A stretch of 64,000 nt of DNA from an uncultured Thermoleophilaceae bacterium (GCA_963716215.1 OY970298.1:3508416-3572415), one strand, 5' to 3'; counted from the first letter of the stretch, positions 53,413 to 62,806 are shown. Translations and numbers: made by a program. The notes: generated by a model not told the origin, from the sequence alone.

Positions 53413-54991
53413 TCACGCTGGCGCAGCCGAAGGCGTGGCTGTCGACGGCCACCGGGCGCAAAGCCGTGGCGAGCTGCGGCCTCGCGCCACATGGCAACAG
53501 CACGTACCGCGCCCCGGACCCCATGACGATGGCCCGGGTGCGCGCGGCGGACGCATCGACACGCACGGCGAGCTGTGCGTCCTGTGCGCGGGCGACGTAG
53601 TCAGGCGTCCACGTGTAGTGCGCCACCCAGACGCGATGGCCGCTCAACGCGGGCACAGCCAGGCCCAGTCCCGCGGTGGTGAACACACCACCGGGCGGAG
53701 CCGACTCGAGCCAGCGCATTGCCGCCCGCTCGCCGTCGCGCACCGCCACCGGCGGCCGGTCCGCGCCCAGCCGGTCGCGGAAGGCTCTCCCGAACTCCGC
53801 CAGCCCAGGGACGGTGAACAGCAACACGAACAGGGCGCAGCCGGCGACCGCGAGCCGGACCGCCCGCGGCCGCCCCGACCGGCGTGCACGCTCGATCGCT
53901 CGCATCCCGGCCCTGGTCGCCAGCATGGCCAGCGGGATCATGATGCTCTGGAGGGCGTGCCGGACCGGCTCGCCCGGCAAGTAGAGCAGCAGGAGCGTGG
54001 CGAGCGGCCAAACCCGGAGGACGACCTCCTGCACGTCAAGCCGCGCGGTCCGGATGCCCGGCAGCGCCGCGAGCACCATCCCGGCGAGGACCGTGACGAC
54101 GACCCATACCGGCGCCCGCGGAACGTCGAGTGCGACCTGGTGGGCCCGCTCCCAGTGCAGCTCCGTCTGCGCGAGTCCCCAGTAGAAGGCGAGCGCCGCA
54201 GCGATGGTGCCCGCCGGAGCGAGCAGCCAGACGACGTCCCGGCGGCGGCGCCAGATCGCCACCCCGGCGAGCACCAGCAGGGCCACCTGCCCCTCCCACG
54301 GATGGAGCCAGGTCATCGCCAGGGCGCAGAGCGAAGCCCACGCCGCGTACCACACGACGCCGCGGCCCGGCGCCCGGCGGTCGGGATCGAGCAGCCGCTC
54401 GACCGCGAGGAAAAGGATCGGCATCAGCGCGATCGAGATCACCGAGGGTGCGTAGCCCCAGAGCAGCAGCCCAGACGAGGTCTCCGAGGCCTGGTTGACC
54501 ACGGCAAGCCAGTCGAGCGGAGCGCCGTCGTGGTCGATCAGCAGCGACGCCGGCGTGACCGTGAAGACGGCGAGGACCACCGCGGCGGCCTGCCGGAGGG
54601 GCCCGCGGCCGAGCACCCGGCCGGCGTAGGCCCAGCACGCACCGAACAGCAGCACCACGGCCACCGGCTTCCAGATCAGGTAGGCGACCGGGACGCTCAG
54701 CCCGGCGCGCACCATCACACCGGACAGGAAGAACATCGGGTGCGGGAAGACGTGGGCCGCGGGCGCCAGCTCGAACGGGTTCCCGATCAGCCAGTGCTGG
54801 CTGGCGTCGCGGATCCAGCCCATGTACTGGAACTGATCCAGCGGGGTCGCCGAGTCGATCCCGGTGAACGTCCCTCCGAAGCTGCGCGCCTTCAGCCACA
54901 CGATCAGGACCGGGGCGAACGCCCAGAGCGCGATCGCGAGCAGCACAGCCCCTCCGAGCAGCAGCGAGCCCCTGTCGCCCCGTGACTGCAC
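53399..54991 (-). CDS. polytopic membrane protein, family not recognised (putative GT-C-type)
   Basis: 530 aa from the GTG at 54991 (VQSRGDRGSLLLGGAVLLAIALWAF...ATPLDQFQYMGWIRDASQHWLIGNPFE...). About 11 hydrophobic segments plus a ~130-aa C-terminal soluble region. Last gene of the minus-strand operon. Confidence 0.6.
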   Translation of the reverse strand: MQSRGDRGSLLLGGAVLLAIALWAFAPVLIVWLKARSFGGTFTGIDSATPLDQFQYMGWIRDASQHWLIGNPFELAPAAHVFPHPMFFLSGVMVRAGLSVPVAYLIWKPVAVVLLFGACWAYAGRVLGRGPLRQAAAVVLAVFTVTPASLLIDHDGAPLDWLAVVNQASETSSGLLLWGYAPSVISIALMPILFLAVERLLDPDRRAPGRGVVWYAAWASLCALAMTWLHPWEGQVALLVLAGVAIWRRRRDVVWLLAPAGTIAAALAFYWGLAQTELHWERAHQVALDVPRAPVWVVVTVLAGMVLAALPGIRTARLDVQEVVLRVWPLATLLLLYLPGEPVRHALQSIMIPLAMLATRAGMRAIERARRSGRPRAVRLAVAGCALFVLLFTVPGLAEFGRAFRDRLGADRPPVAVRDGERAAMRWLESAPPGGVFTTAGLGLAVPALSGHRVWVAHYTWTPDYVARAQDAQLAVRVDASAARTRAIVMGSGARYVLLPCGARPQLATALRPVAVDSHAFGCASVITVR

Positions 54992-54996
54992 GGCGG

Positions 54997-55752
54997 CTAC
55001 GTCTTGATGACGCGTATCACGCAGTTCCAGGTGAGCAGCTCGCGCAGGAGCGGGACGCGGCAGATGAACGCGAGCCGCGGCCAGTAGCGCGGCTCCACGC
55101 GCTCGACGCGCAACCCGGGGCGCTCCTCCACCAGCCGCATCGTGGGTCCCACGTGCACCGCCCAGAGCCCCGCGCCGTAGGGGTTCTTGCGGGGCGGGCC
55201 GTTGCGGCGCTCGTACAGTCGCGGCCCCCACTTCGGGCCCAGGTACTGGTAGGGGGTCATGTCGTGACCGCCCCATGGCGAGTACCAGTTGGTCCAGGAG
55301 ATGTAGCCCCAGCCGCCCGGGCGCAGCACCCGCTCGATCTCGCGGATGACCGCCTCGGTGTTCGGCGAGTGCTCGAGCAGGTTGGAGCAGAAGGCGCCGT
55401 CGATGCTGGCGTCCTCGAGCGGCAGGTCGCCGGCGTCGGCCACTAGCGCCCCGGCGGGCGCCGCCCCGACCATCGTCATCTCCTGCTCGTCGTTGTCGAC
55501 CGGGATGACCGTCGCGCCGGTGGCACGCAGGGCCTCGGTGTAGAAGCCCGGCCCGCAGCCCAGGTCGACGATCGTCTGCCCGGCGAAGGGGCCGTAGCGG
55601 CGCTCGAGGTCGTCGGCCGCCTCCGCCGCCAGCAGGCGGTAGAACGGGGCCGGATCCTCCTTCTCGGCGCGAAACAGCCGCCAGAGCGTGCGCACCCGCT
55701 CCACGCCGCGCGGCCGCTCGACCGCGTGCGGAGCCCCGGTTGACGTGCTCAC
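54997..55752 (-). CDS. class I SAM-dependent methyltransferase
   Basis: 251 aa from the GTG at 55752 (GTGA overlap with the upstream stop). IVDLGCGPGFY motif I and FCSNLLEHSPN. Confidence 0.8.
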   Translation of the reverse strand: MSTSTGAPHAVERPRGVERVRTLWRLFRAEKEDPAPFYRLLAAEAADDLERRYGPFAGQTIVDLGCGPGFYTEALRATGATVIPVDNDEQEMTMVGAAPAGALVADAGDLPLEDASIDGAFCSNLLEHSPNTEAVIREIERVLRPGGWGYISWTNWYSPWGGHDMTPYQYLGPKWGPRLYERRNGPPRKNPYGAGLWAVHVGPTMRLVEERPGLRVERVEPRYWPRLAFICRVPLLRELLTWNCVIRVIKT

Positions 55753-58136
55753 GCCGGGCCTGGGCGAACCGCGGGCGGGTGCGGTGCGGCGGAGCGCACG
55801 GACATGCCGAGCAGCACCGGGGCCAGCACGAGCTGGAGGACGACCACCACGCCGGCCACGGCCACGAGGCCGGATCCCACGGCCAGCAGCATCCCCAGCT
55901 CGGCCACGGCGGCGACCGCGAGCAGCGCGACGAACCCGGTGCGCCCGAGGGCCAGCAGGTACTGCACGCCGAGGTAGGCGCACGCGAGCAGCGACATCGC
56001 CAGCGCCAGCAGCGGCAGCGCCCCCGCCGCCTCGGTGAAGTCCTCGCCGAACACGAGCCGCAGGACCGGCTCCGCCGCGACCGTGTAGACCACGACCATC
56101 GGCACGGCCACCACGCTGATCAGCGCCAGCGTGCGCCACAGCACCGGCCGGGCGTCTAGGCCCGCCTTGGTGCGGCGCACGGCCTCCGGGAGCAGGTACA
56201 GGCCCAGGCCGATCGCCACCCAGATGACCGCCTTGGCCGCGACCGACGCCGCCGCGTACGAGCCGGCGGCGTCGTCCGACGCGTCGTGCTTGACGTAGAC
56301 GATGTCGATGTTCTGGAGCGCCGCGATCAGCGAGAAGGCCAGGACGGGCGCCCAGGCGCTGCCCAGCAGGTCGCGGAACCGGAGCGGCACCGACGTCACC
56401 TGGAAGCCGCCCAACGACCGCACCAGCGGCGGCACCAGCGCGAGCGACACCACGACGATCGAGGCGGTGGTCCCCAGCAGGGCGCCCGTCACTCCCAGCC
56501 CGATCGCGTAGAGCCCGATGCCCAGCGCGAGACGGGCGAACGCCTCCCCCACGATGGAGAGCCCGACCGACATGTAGTGCCCCAGCCCCTGCAGCGTGCC
56601 GCGCTGGACGCACAGCGCCAGCCACAGCATCCCGCTCGGCGCGAGCGCCGCGGCGGCCCACGTGTTGTCCACGCCGACCGCGGCCGCGATCGGCTCGCGC
56701 AGCAGCACCGAGGCGACCGTCACGGCGACGGTGGCGATCAGCAGTCGCTCCAGCCAGCGCCAGACCCCCGACGCGGGGTTCTCCCCACCGTCGGCGGCGC
56801 GTGCGCTCACCTCGCGCGCGACCGTGGCCTGCAGCGCCGAGCCCGGCACCACCAGGATCGTGAAGGCGGCCAGCAGTGCGCCGAGCGAGCCGTACCCGCC
56901 GTCGCCGAGCAGACGCGCGAACACCACCGTGAAGATGAGCGCGAGGAAGTTGTTCATCATCAGCGCGGCGGCGAGCCCGCCGGCGCGCCCGGTGTCCGAG
57001 CCGCCGAGGCGCTTGCGCAGCGAGGACACGTGGTCGGGCTCCGCGGCCACGTCCTCCAGCACGTCCAGCGTCTCGCGCGCCGTGCGATCCCACGTGAAGG
57101 TCTGGGCGCGCGCGTGCGCCGCGCTGCCGAGCCGCTCGCACAGCTCGCGGTTGCCGGCCAGCTTGCTCACCTGCTCGCTCAACTCCTCGGGCGAGTCGAC
57201 CAGCACACCGGTGTTGCCGTCGTCGATCGACTCCGGCAGCCCGCCGACCGCCATCGCGACGCTCGGGGTCGCGCAGGCGGCGGCCTCCATCACGGTCAGG
57301 CACCAGCCCTCGGCCGACGAGGCGGTGAGGTTGATCCACGAGCTCTGCAGCAGCTCGACCTTGCGCTCCTCCGAGACGTGCCCGTTCATCCGCACCCGGT
57401 CCTGCAGCCCGCGCTCGGCGATCGCCGCCTCCAGCTCGGGCCGGTGGTCCCCGTCGCCGGCGATCTCCAGGATGGCGTCGGGCGTGGCCGCCAGGGCGTC
57501 GAGCAGGTACTCGGTGCGCTTGTAGCGCTTGAGCCGCCCGAGATAGAGCAGCGACGGGTACGGCGTGCGCTTCGACGGGTCGGGCTGGAAGCGCTCGAGA
57601 TCCACGCCGATGTACCCGACCGCGATCTGCTCGCGCGGGATGCCGTGGGCGGCGATGTCGACCGCGGAGGCGTTCGAGATCGTGAGGAAGCGGACACCCC
57701 GGTACAGGAAGCGCAGCGGTGCGGTCTCCAGCACCCAGGCGGCGAGCCGCCCGGGCGCGCCCATCTCGGCCACGTAGTGGTCGCGGTGCACGTGGTGCAC
57801 GAGCGCGAGCCGCGGGGTGCGCATCCACAGCGGCGAGAGGAACGTGATGCCGTTGATGACCTCCAGCACCATGTCCGCCTCGGGCAGCTTCTTGCGCAGG
57901 CCGCGCCAGATCACCCTCGGAAAGACGGTGGAGCGGCCGCCCACGCGCAGGATGGTGAGGTTGCCGTGGCGCTCCTCGGCTTCAGCGCCCTTGTACGAAC
58001 ACGCCACGACCGTGACCCGGTGGCCCCACTCCAGCCACCGATCGACCTGGCCGAGCAGGTTCGTGCCTGTACCCCCGCCCTGCGGGTGCGTCCAGTCCCG
58101 GTCCGAAAGGACGAGAATGTGGAGCTGCCCGTGCAA
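55749..58136 (-). CDS. GT4 glycosyltransferase fused to a MOP-family flippase
   Basis: 795 aa from the TTG at 58136. The N-terminal ~369 aa are GT4 (HILVLSDRDWTHPQGGGTGTN...EGWCLTVMEAAACATPSVAMAVGGLPESI). They run without a stop into a 12-TM domain paralogous to the stand-alone flippase at 10401 (junction ~57029, ...EPDHVSSLRKRLGGSDTGRAGG...). Confidence 0.75.
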   Translation of the reverse strand: MHGQLHILVLSDRDWTHPQGGGTGTNLLGQVDRWLEWGHRVTVVACSYKGAEAEERHGNLTILRVGGRSTVFPRVIWRGLRKKLPEADMVLEVINGITFLSPLWMRTPRLALVHHVHRDHYVAEMGAPGRLAAWVLETAPLRFLYRGVRFLTISNASAVDIAAHGIPREQIAVGYIGVDLERFQPDPSKRTPYPSLLYLGRLKRYKRTEYLLDALAATPDAILEIAGDGDHRPELEAAIAERGLQDRVRMNGHVSEERKVELLQSSWINLTASSAEGWCLTVMEAAACATPSVAMAVGGLPESIDDGNTGVLVDSPEELSEQVSKLAGNRELCERLGSAAHARAQTFTWDRTARETLDVLEDVAAEPDHVSSLRKRLGGSDTGRAGGLAAALMMNNFLALIFTVVFARLLGDGGYGSLGALLAAFTILVVPGSALQATVAREVSARAADGGENPASGVWRWLERLLIATVAVTVASVLLREPIAAAVGVDNTWAAAALAPSGMLWLALCVQRGTLQGLGHYMSVGLSIVGEAFARLALGIGLYAIGLGVTGALLGTTASIVVVSLALVPPLVRSLGGFQVTSVPLRFRDLLGSAWAPVLAFSLIAALQNIDIVYVKHDASDDAAGSYAAASVAAKAVIWVAIGLGLYLLPEAVRRTKAGLDARPVLWRTLALISVVAVPMVVVYTVAAEPVLRLVFGEDFTEAAGALPLLALAMSLLACAYLGVQYLLALGRTGFVALLAVAAVAELGMLLAVGSGLVAVAGVVVVLQLVLAPVLLGMSVRSAAPHPPAVRPGPA

Positions 58137-58177
58137 GACAGATGAGGGTATATCGGCTCCAGCCGAATTACGACCCC

Positions 58178-58618
58178 CTACCGCGGGGGCACCGGCGGCA
58201 GCGTTCGACGCACGCGCGGATTGAGCTCCACGGCGTGGCGGCGGGCGACGTTGGCGCGAGACGGATCGCTCACGGCCGTGAGGCCGTACAGCGAGCGCCA
58301 CGCCTCGAAGCTCTCGGGCTGCAACCGCACCAGGCGCTCGGCCACCGGCACCGCCTGTGCGGTGCGGCCGGCGAGGATCAGCAGCCCGATCTCCGCGTAC
58401 AGGGCGCGGTCGTCGGTGTTGAAGCGCCGCGCGCTCTCGAGCCGATCGCGGGCGTCGGCCAGCTCCGCCTCGGAATATGGGCGCAATTGCACGGCGATGC
58501 CGAACTCCGTGACGCGCTCCAGCTGCTTGTTCGCCGTTAGGCTCGCCACGAGCCAGGCGCCCGCGACGACGGCCGCCGTGGCCAGGAGGATGCGCTGGAC
58601 GATGAGGGAACGGGCCAT
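58178..58618 (-). CDS. membrane-anchored TPR-like protein
   Basis: 146-aa ORF with an N-terminal TM (LLATAAVVAGAWLVASL) followed by helical-repeat sequence (YAEIGLLILAGRTAQAVPVAERLVRLQPESFEAWRSLY). Paralog at 62367..62780 in the same context. Confidence 0.55.
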   Translation of the reverse strand: MARSLIVQRILLATAAVVAGAWLVASLTANKQLERVTEFGIAVQLRPYSEAELADARDRLESARRFNTDDRALYAEIGLLILAGRTAQAVPVAERLVRLQPESFEAWRSLYGLTAVSDPSRANVARRHAVELNPRVRRTLPPVPPR

Positions 58619-58640
58619 CTAGTTGACTCTGCGACGAGCC

Positions 58641-60260
58641 ATGCGCGAGATCGCGCGCGCCGCGGGCGCGACCATACTGATCGCCGGCCCCACGGTGCTC
58701 GCTTTTCGGTCGGGCGGGTACTTCGACGAGCCGCGCCTGATTGCCGGCATCGTGGCGTGGGCGCTCGTGCTGCTCGCGGCCGTGGTCACGGGGCGGCCGC
58801 TGCCGCGCTCCACGCCGGGGCGGATCGCGCTCGGCGCGCTCGCGCTGCTGACCGTCTGGACGTTGCTCTCGATCAGCTGGGCGCCGATCGCGGGGAGGGC
58901 AGAGAACGACGCCCAGCGGCTGCTGGTGTACCTCGGCGTCTTCGCGGCCGCGCTTGCGCTGCTCGACCAGCCCTGGGTGCGGCGCTGGCTCGAGCCGCTG
59001 CTGACCGCCGGGGCGCTCGTGGTCACCCTCTACGGCCTGAGCGAGCGGCTGTTCCCCGGCGTGATCGAGCTCCGGCGCAGCCTCACGGCCGAGGGGCGCC
59101 TGGAGATGCCGCTCACCTACTGGAACGCCGAGGGAGCCGTTGCGGCGATCGGGCTGGTCCTCGCCATCCGACTGGCGGGCGACCCGCTGCGCCCGCGCGC
59201 CCTGCGCGGCTGTGCCGCCGCCGGCGGCGTCGTGCTGGGCCTCGGCGCCTACCTGACCTTCTCGCGCGGCGCGCTCGCCGCGCTCACGGTCGGCGTGCTC
59301 GTGTTGCTGGCCTTCGCGCCGGCCGGTCTCGAGCAGCTGCGGGCACTCGGCGCGGTGGTCGGGCCGAGCTTCGTCGCGGCCGCGACGACCGGCCTGCTGC
59401 CGACGGTCCGATCGCTGGGACACCGCGCCCAGGGCGACGCCGGCGAGGGGATCGTGATGCTGGTGGTGCTGGTGCTGATGGCGGCGCTCGCGGCCGGGCT
59501 CGTCCTCGCCCGCGGCCGCGGCACGCCCGCTGCGCGTTCGCGCCCGCTGCCGATGGCCCGGAGCAAGCTCGTAGGCGGCATCGCCGCGGTGGCGGTGCTC
59601 GGCGCCGTGATCGCGATCGCCGTGTTCGAGGGCCAGCCGGCGACCCAGTCGCCGGAGCGCGACACCGGCCCGGCGCGGTTTGGCTCGATCGACACCAACC
59701 GCTACGACTACTGGGACGCGGCCATAGGCATGTTCGCCGACGAGCCGGTGACCGGCGTCGGATCGGGCGGGTTCAAGGTGGAGTGGCGCAAGCGCTCGGA
59801 CCGTCTCGACCCCGCCGTGGACGCCCACTCGCTGTACCTCGAGACGCCGGCCGAGCTGGGACTGGTCGGGCTGGTGCTGCTGGTGGCGTTCCTGTGCGGC
59901 GTGACCGCCTGCGGCATGCGGCTCCTGCGCCGCGACCCCGCGGTTGCGGTCGGGCCCCTCGCCGTGTGCGCGGCCTGGGCGCTGCACGCCGGATTGGACT
60001 GGGACTGGGAGATGCCGGCGGTGACGCTGCCGCCGCTGCTGCTGGCCGCGGCGCTGGTGGCCTGGAGCGAGACCGAGACGCCGGCGCGGGCCGCCACGAC
60101 GGGTCTGGCGGACCCCGCCGGGCACGACGGCCAGCCCAGCGAGAACGTGCGCGAGCCCGTGAGCGATCTGCTACGAATGCTGCTCCGATGGCCGGATGCG
60201 CTTCCCCGATTCAGGTCTCGCGTCCGCTCGGGCGACGTGTGTGAGCATCTCCCACGCTGA
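58641..60260 (+). CDS. O-antigen ligase/polymerase-like (Wzy_C family) membrane protein, copy 1
   Basis: ATG 58641 (MREIARAAGATILIAGPTVLAF..., aligning with MRRWLLAVGATVVICGPTAMAF of copy 2). Motifs YLTFSRGALAAL and GVGSGGF...DAHSLYLETPAELG are typical of the family. Confidence 0.8.
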   Translation: MREIARAAGATILIAGPTVLAFRSGGYFDEPRLIAGIVAWALVLLAAVVTGRPLPRSTPGRIALGALALLTVWTLLSISWAPIAGRAENDAQRLLVYLGVFAAALALLDQPWVRRWLEPLLTAGALVVTLYGLSERLFPGVIELRRSLTAEGRLEMPLTYWNAEGAVAAIGLVLAIRLAGDPLRPRALRGCAAAGGVVLGLGAYLTFSRGALAALTVGVLVLLAFAPAGLEQLRALGAVVGPSFVAAATTGLLPTVRSLGHRAQGDAGEGIVMLVVLVLMAALAAGLVLARGRGTPAARSRPLPMARSKLVGGIAAVAVLGAVIAIAVFEGQPATQSPERDTGPARFGSIDTNRYDYWDAAIGMFADEPVTGVGSGGFKVEWRKRSDRLDPAVDAHSLYLETPAELGLVGLVLLVAFLCGVTACGMRLLRRDPAVAVGPLAVCAAWALHAGLDWDWEMPAVTLPPLLLAAALVAWSETETPARAATTGLADPAGHDGQPSENVREPVSDLLRMLLRWPDALPRFRSRVRSGDVCEHLPR

Positions 60261-60300
60261 TTTGACCCCGAAGAGCGCCGACGCGGGCGACGACGGCGCG

Positions 60301-62370
60301 GTGGCCCGGCGCGAGGCGCCCGTCGTGATCGACGCGCGCGCCGCGGCGCGGCGGGAGATCGGCGGCGTGGAGCGCGTGACCAAGGAGATGGCGGCCCGCC
60401 TGCCCCAGCTGCGGCCCGACCGCTACGCCGTGCTGATGCCGCCCGGCGCGTTCGCCTACCGCGCCGGTCATCTGTGGGAGCAGGCCCTGCTGCCCGTGGC
60501 CGTACGCCGCGCGCGGGTGCTCTACTGCCCCGCAAACCTCGCCCCAGCGGCCTCGCTGCGGACCGTCGTCGTGATCCACGACCTGGCCGCGCTGCACCAC
60601 CCGGAGTGGTACTCGCCGCCGTACGCGTCCTATCAACGCTGGATCCTCCCCCTGCTGGCCCGGCGCGCGCGGCGCGTGATCGCCCCGTCGGAGTTCTCGC
60701 GCGACGAGCTGGCCGCGGGGCTCGAGATCGATCGCGAGCGCATCTCGGTCGTGCCGAACGGCGTGGACCCGGTCTTCTCGCCCACTACGGACGCCGAACC
60801 CGTGCGCCACGCCTACGGACTCGAGCGTCCCTACGTGCTGGTGGTCGGCACCCGGATCGCGCGCAAGAACGTCGCGGCGCTGGCCGCCGCCGGCGAGAAG
60901 CTGCGCGAGCTCGGCATCGACCTGGTGTCGGCCGGCTCCGGGCGCACCTACATGCGCGCCGGCGAGGCACCGCCGATGCGAACGCTCGGGTACGTCTCGG
61001 AGGAGCACCTCCCAGGCCTGTACGCCGGGGCGCTGGCCCTGGCGATGCCGTCGCTCTACGAGGGGTTCGGCCTGCCCGTGCTCGAGGCGATGGCGAGCGG
61101 CACCCCGGTCGTGGCCGCCAATCGCACCGCGCTGCCGGAGACGTGCGGGGACGCCGCGCTGCTGATCGACCCGACCGACCACGCCGCGCTGGCGGACGCG
61201 CTCACCCTGGCGGCCACAGACGACGGCGTGCGGGAGCGGCTGATCGGGGCGGGCCTGCAGCGGGCGGCCCACTTCACCTGGGACCGCAGCGCGCGGCTCA
61301 CCGACGCCGTGATCGGCGAGGTCCTCGAGCGCGACGAGCCGATCACCGTGCCCAGGGCGGGCGCCGCCAACGGATCCTCAAAGGCGACCGGCGTCGCCGT
61401 GTCGACGGTGATCGTCAACCATGAGCGGCGCGACCTGCTGCGCCGCTGCCTGCAATCGCTCGACCGTGCGCTGGAAGGCGTGGACGCCGAGACCGAGGTG
61501 ATCGTCGTGGACAACGGGTCCGGCGACGGCTCGGTGGACCTCGTGCGCGAGGAGTTCCCGGACGTGCGAGTAGTGGCGCTAGAGCGCAACGAGGGCTTCG
61601 CAGGGGGCATCTCGCGCGGCATCGGCGCCGCGCGCGGCGAGTGGATCGCCGTGTTCAACAACGACACGACGGTGGAGCCCGACGCCGTGGCTCTAATGCT
61701 CGAGGCGGGCCGCTCCCACCCGCGGGTGGGCTCCGTGAGCGCGCAGATGCGCTTCGCCGACCGGCGCGGCGTGCTCAACTCGGCCGGGCTGGAGCTCGAT
61801 CGCCTCGGGGTGGCGGCCGACCGGCTGGTCGGCACGCAGGTGAGCGAGATCAGCGAGACCGAGCCGTACGAGGTGTTCGGCGCCACCGGCGGCGCCGCGC
61901 TGTTCCGGCGGCAGATGCTGCACGAGGTGGGCGGCTTCGACCAGAGCTTCTTCGCGTTCTTCGAGGACGCCGACCTCGCCTGGCGAGCCCAGGCGCACGA
62001 CTGGCGCGCCCTTTACACACCGGGCGCGGTGGTCTACCACCACCACTCCGCCACCGCCCAGCACGGCTCTCCGGCCAAGCTCTACCTCGTCGGGCGCAAC
62101 CGGGTGCGCACGCTCGCCAAGAACGCCGGCATCGGGATGCTGTTGATCAACGGCCCCTGGATGCTGGCTTACGACTCCGCGTACGTCATGTATGCGTGTG
62201 CGAGCGGCAGGACGCTCGCACCCATCCGCGGACGCGTGCAGGGACTGCGGGAGTGGCGGACCTACCGCCGCAGCGGGGCGCCGCACCGCCGTCCGCTGCG
62301 GCTGCGGCGCCCGCTCGGGTTCCGCCGGGCGCTGCGGCGGCACCGGGGATACACCGACAAGCCGGACTAG
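60301..62370 (+). CDS. bifunctional GT4 - GT2 fusion glycosyltransferase (second copy of this architecture)
   Basis: GT4 part: VVIDARAAARREIGGVERV...EGFGLPVLEAMASGTPVVAANRTALPE. GT2 part: VSTVIVNHERRDLL...VVDNGSGDGS...NEGFAGG...FEDADLAWR. GTG 60301 chosen as start; the track ORF begins at 60196, inside the upstream gene. Confidence 0.8.
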   Translation: MARREAPVVIDARAAARREIGGVERVTKEMAARLPQLRPDRYAVLMPPGAFAYRAGHLWEQALLPVAVRRARVLYCPANLAPAASLRTVVVIHDLAALHHPEWYSPPYASYQRWILPLLARRARRVIAPSEFSRDELAAGLEIDRERISVVPNGVDPVFSPTTDAEPVRHAYGLERPYVLVVGTRIARKNVAALAAAGEKLRELGIDLVSAGSGRTYMRAGEAPPMRTLGYVSEEHLPGLYAGALALAMPSLYEGFGLPVLEAMASGTPVVAANRTALPETCGDAALLIDPTDHAALADALTLAATDDGVRERLIGAGLQRAAHFTWDRSARLTDAVIGEVLERDEPITVPRAGAANGSSKATGVAVSTVIVNHERRDLLRRCLQSLDRALEGVDAETEVIVVDNGSGDGSVDLVREEFPDVRVVALERNEGFAGGISRGIGAARGEWIAVFNNDTTVEPDAVALMLEAGRSHPRVGSVSAQMRFADRRGVLNSAGLELDRLGVAADRLVGTQVSEISETEPYEVFGATGGAALFRRQMLHEVGGFDQSFFAFFEDADLAWRAQAHDWRALYTPGAVVYHHHSATAQHGSPAKLYLVGRNRVRTLAKNAGIGMLLINGPWMLAYDSAYVMYACASGRTLAPIRGRVQGLREWRTYRRSGAPHRRPLRLRRPLGFRRALRRHRGYTDKPD

Positions 62371-62780
62371 CGGAGCGAGTCCCCGAGCCAGGGGTTCAGG
62401 TGCTGCACCTTGCTCTTGGCGTCGTTGGCGAGCGCCGTGTTGGGCGCCACCAGGTACAGCAGGGTCCATGCCTGCACGTTCTCGGGCTCTTTCGCCACCG
62501 CGCGACGAGCAAGGGGGTAGGCCTCGTCCCGGCGGCCGGCGTAGAACAGCAGCAGCCCCTCGTCCAGCAGCGGAGACAGGTCGGGATTGCGCGTATCGGC
62601 ACGGCGTAGGAGCTTCCGGGCCGCGTCGATCTTGCTCGCCCCGACACGGCCGTGCCGAGCGCCGTCGATCGTGGGGGCCGCGTCCGCCTGGAGATCCACC
62701 GCGCGCAGGCTGAAAGCCAGCCATGCCAACACCACGACTGCCGACGCGACGAGCGCGGCGCGAATCAGGTTCACACCCAC
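62367..62780 (-). CDS. membrane-anchored TPR-like protein (paralog of 58178..58618)
   Basis: 137-aa ORF with an N-terminal TM (AALVASAVVVLAWLAF) followed by helical repeats (LLLFYAGRRDEAYPLARRAVAKEPENVQAWTLLY). Confidence 0.55.
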   Translation of the reverse strand: MGVNLIRAALVASAVVVLAWLAFSLRAVDLQADAAPTIDGARHGRVGASKIDAARKLLRRADTRNPDLSPLLDEGLLLFYAGRRDEAYPLARRAVAKEPENVQAWTLLYLVAPNTALANDAKSKVQHLNPWLGDSLR

Positions 62781-62788
62781 TGGCTCCG

Positions 62789-62794
62789 AGTCTA
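62789..62794 (-). promoter_or_regulatory. -10 box candidate TAGACT, 8 nt upstream of GTG 62780 (leaderless)
   Basis: Minus-strand CTAGACT (plus strand AGTCTAG). Confidence 0.35.
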
Positions 62795-62806
62795 GGCAGC
62801 CTGCTC

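Noticed and set aside
58137-58177. Relatively AT-rich stretch (GGTCGTAATTCGGCTGGAGCCGATATACCC on the minus strand) as an internal promoter for the GT4-flippase gene
   Set aside because: The hexamers fit the TAnnnT rule poorly (TATACC), and the TCGGCT-GG-AGCCGA inverted repeat has only a 2-nt spacer. This is too weak to call; it may simply be a spacer within the operon.
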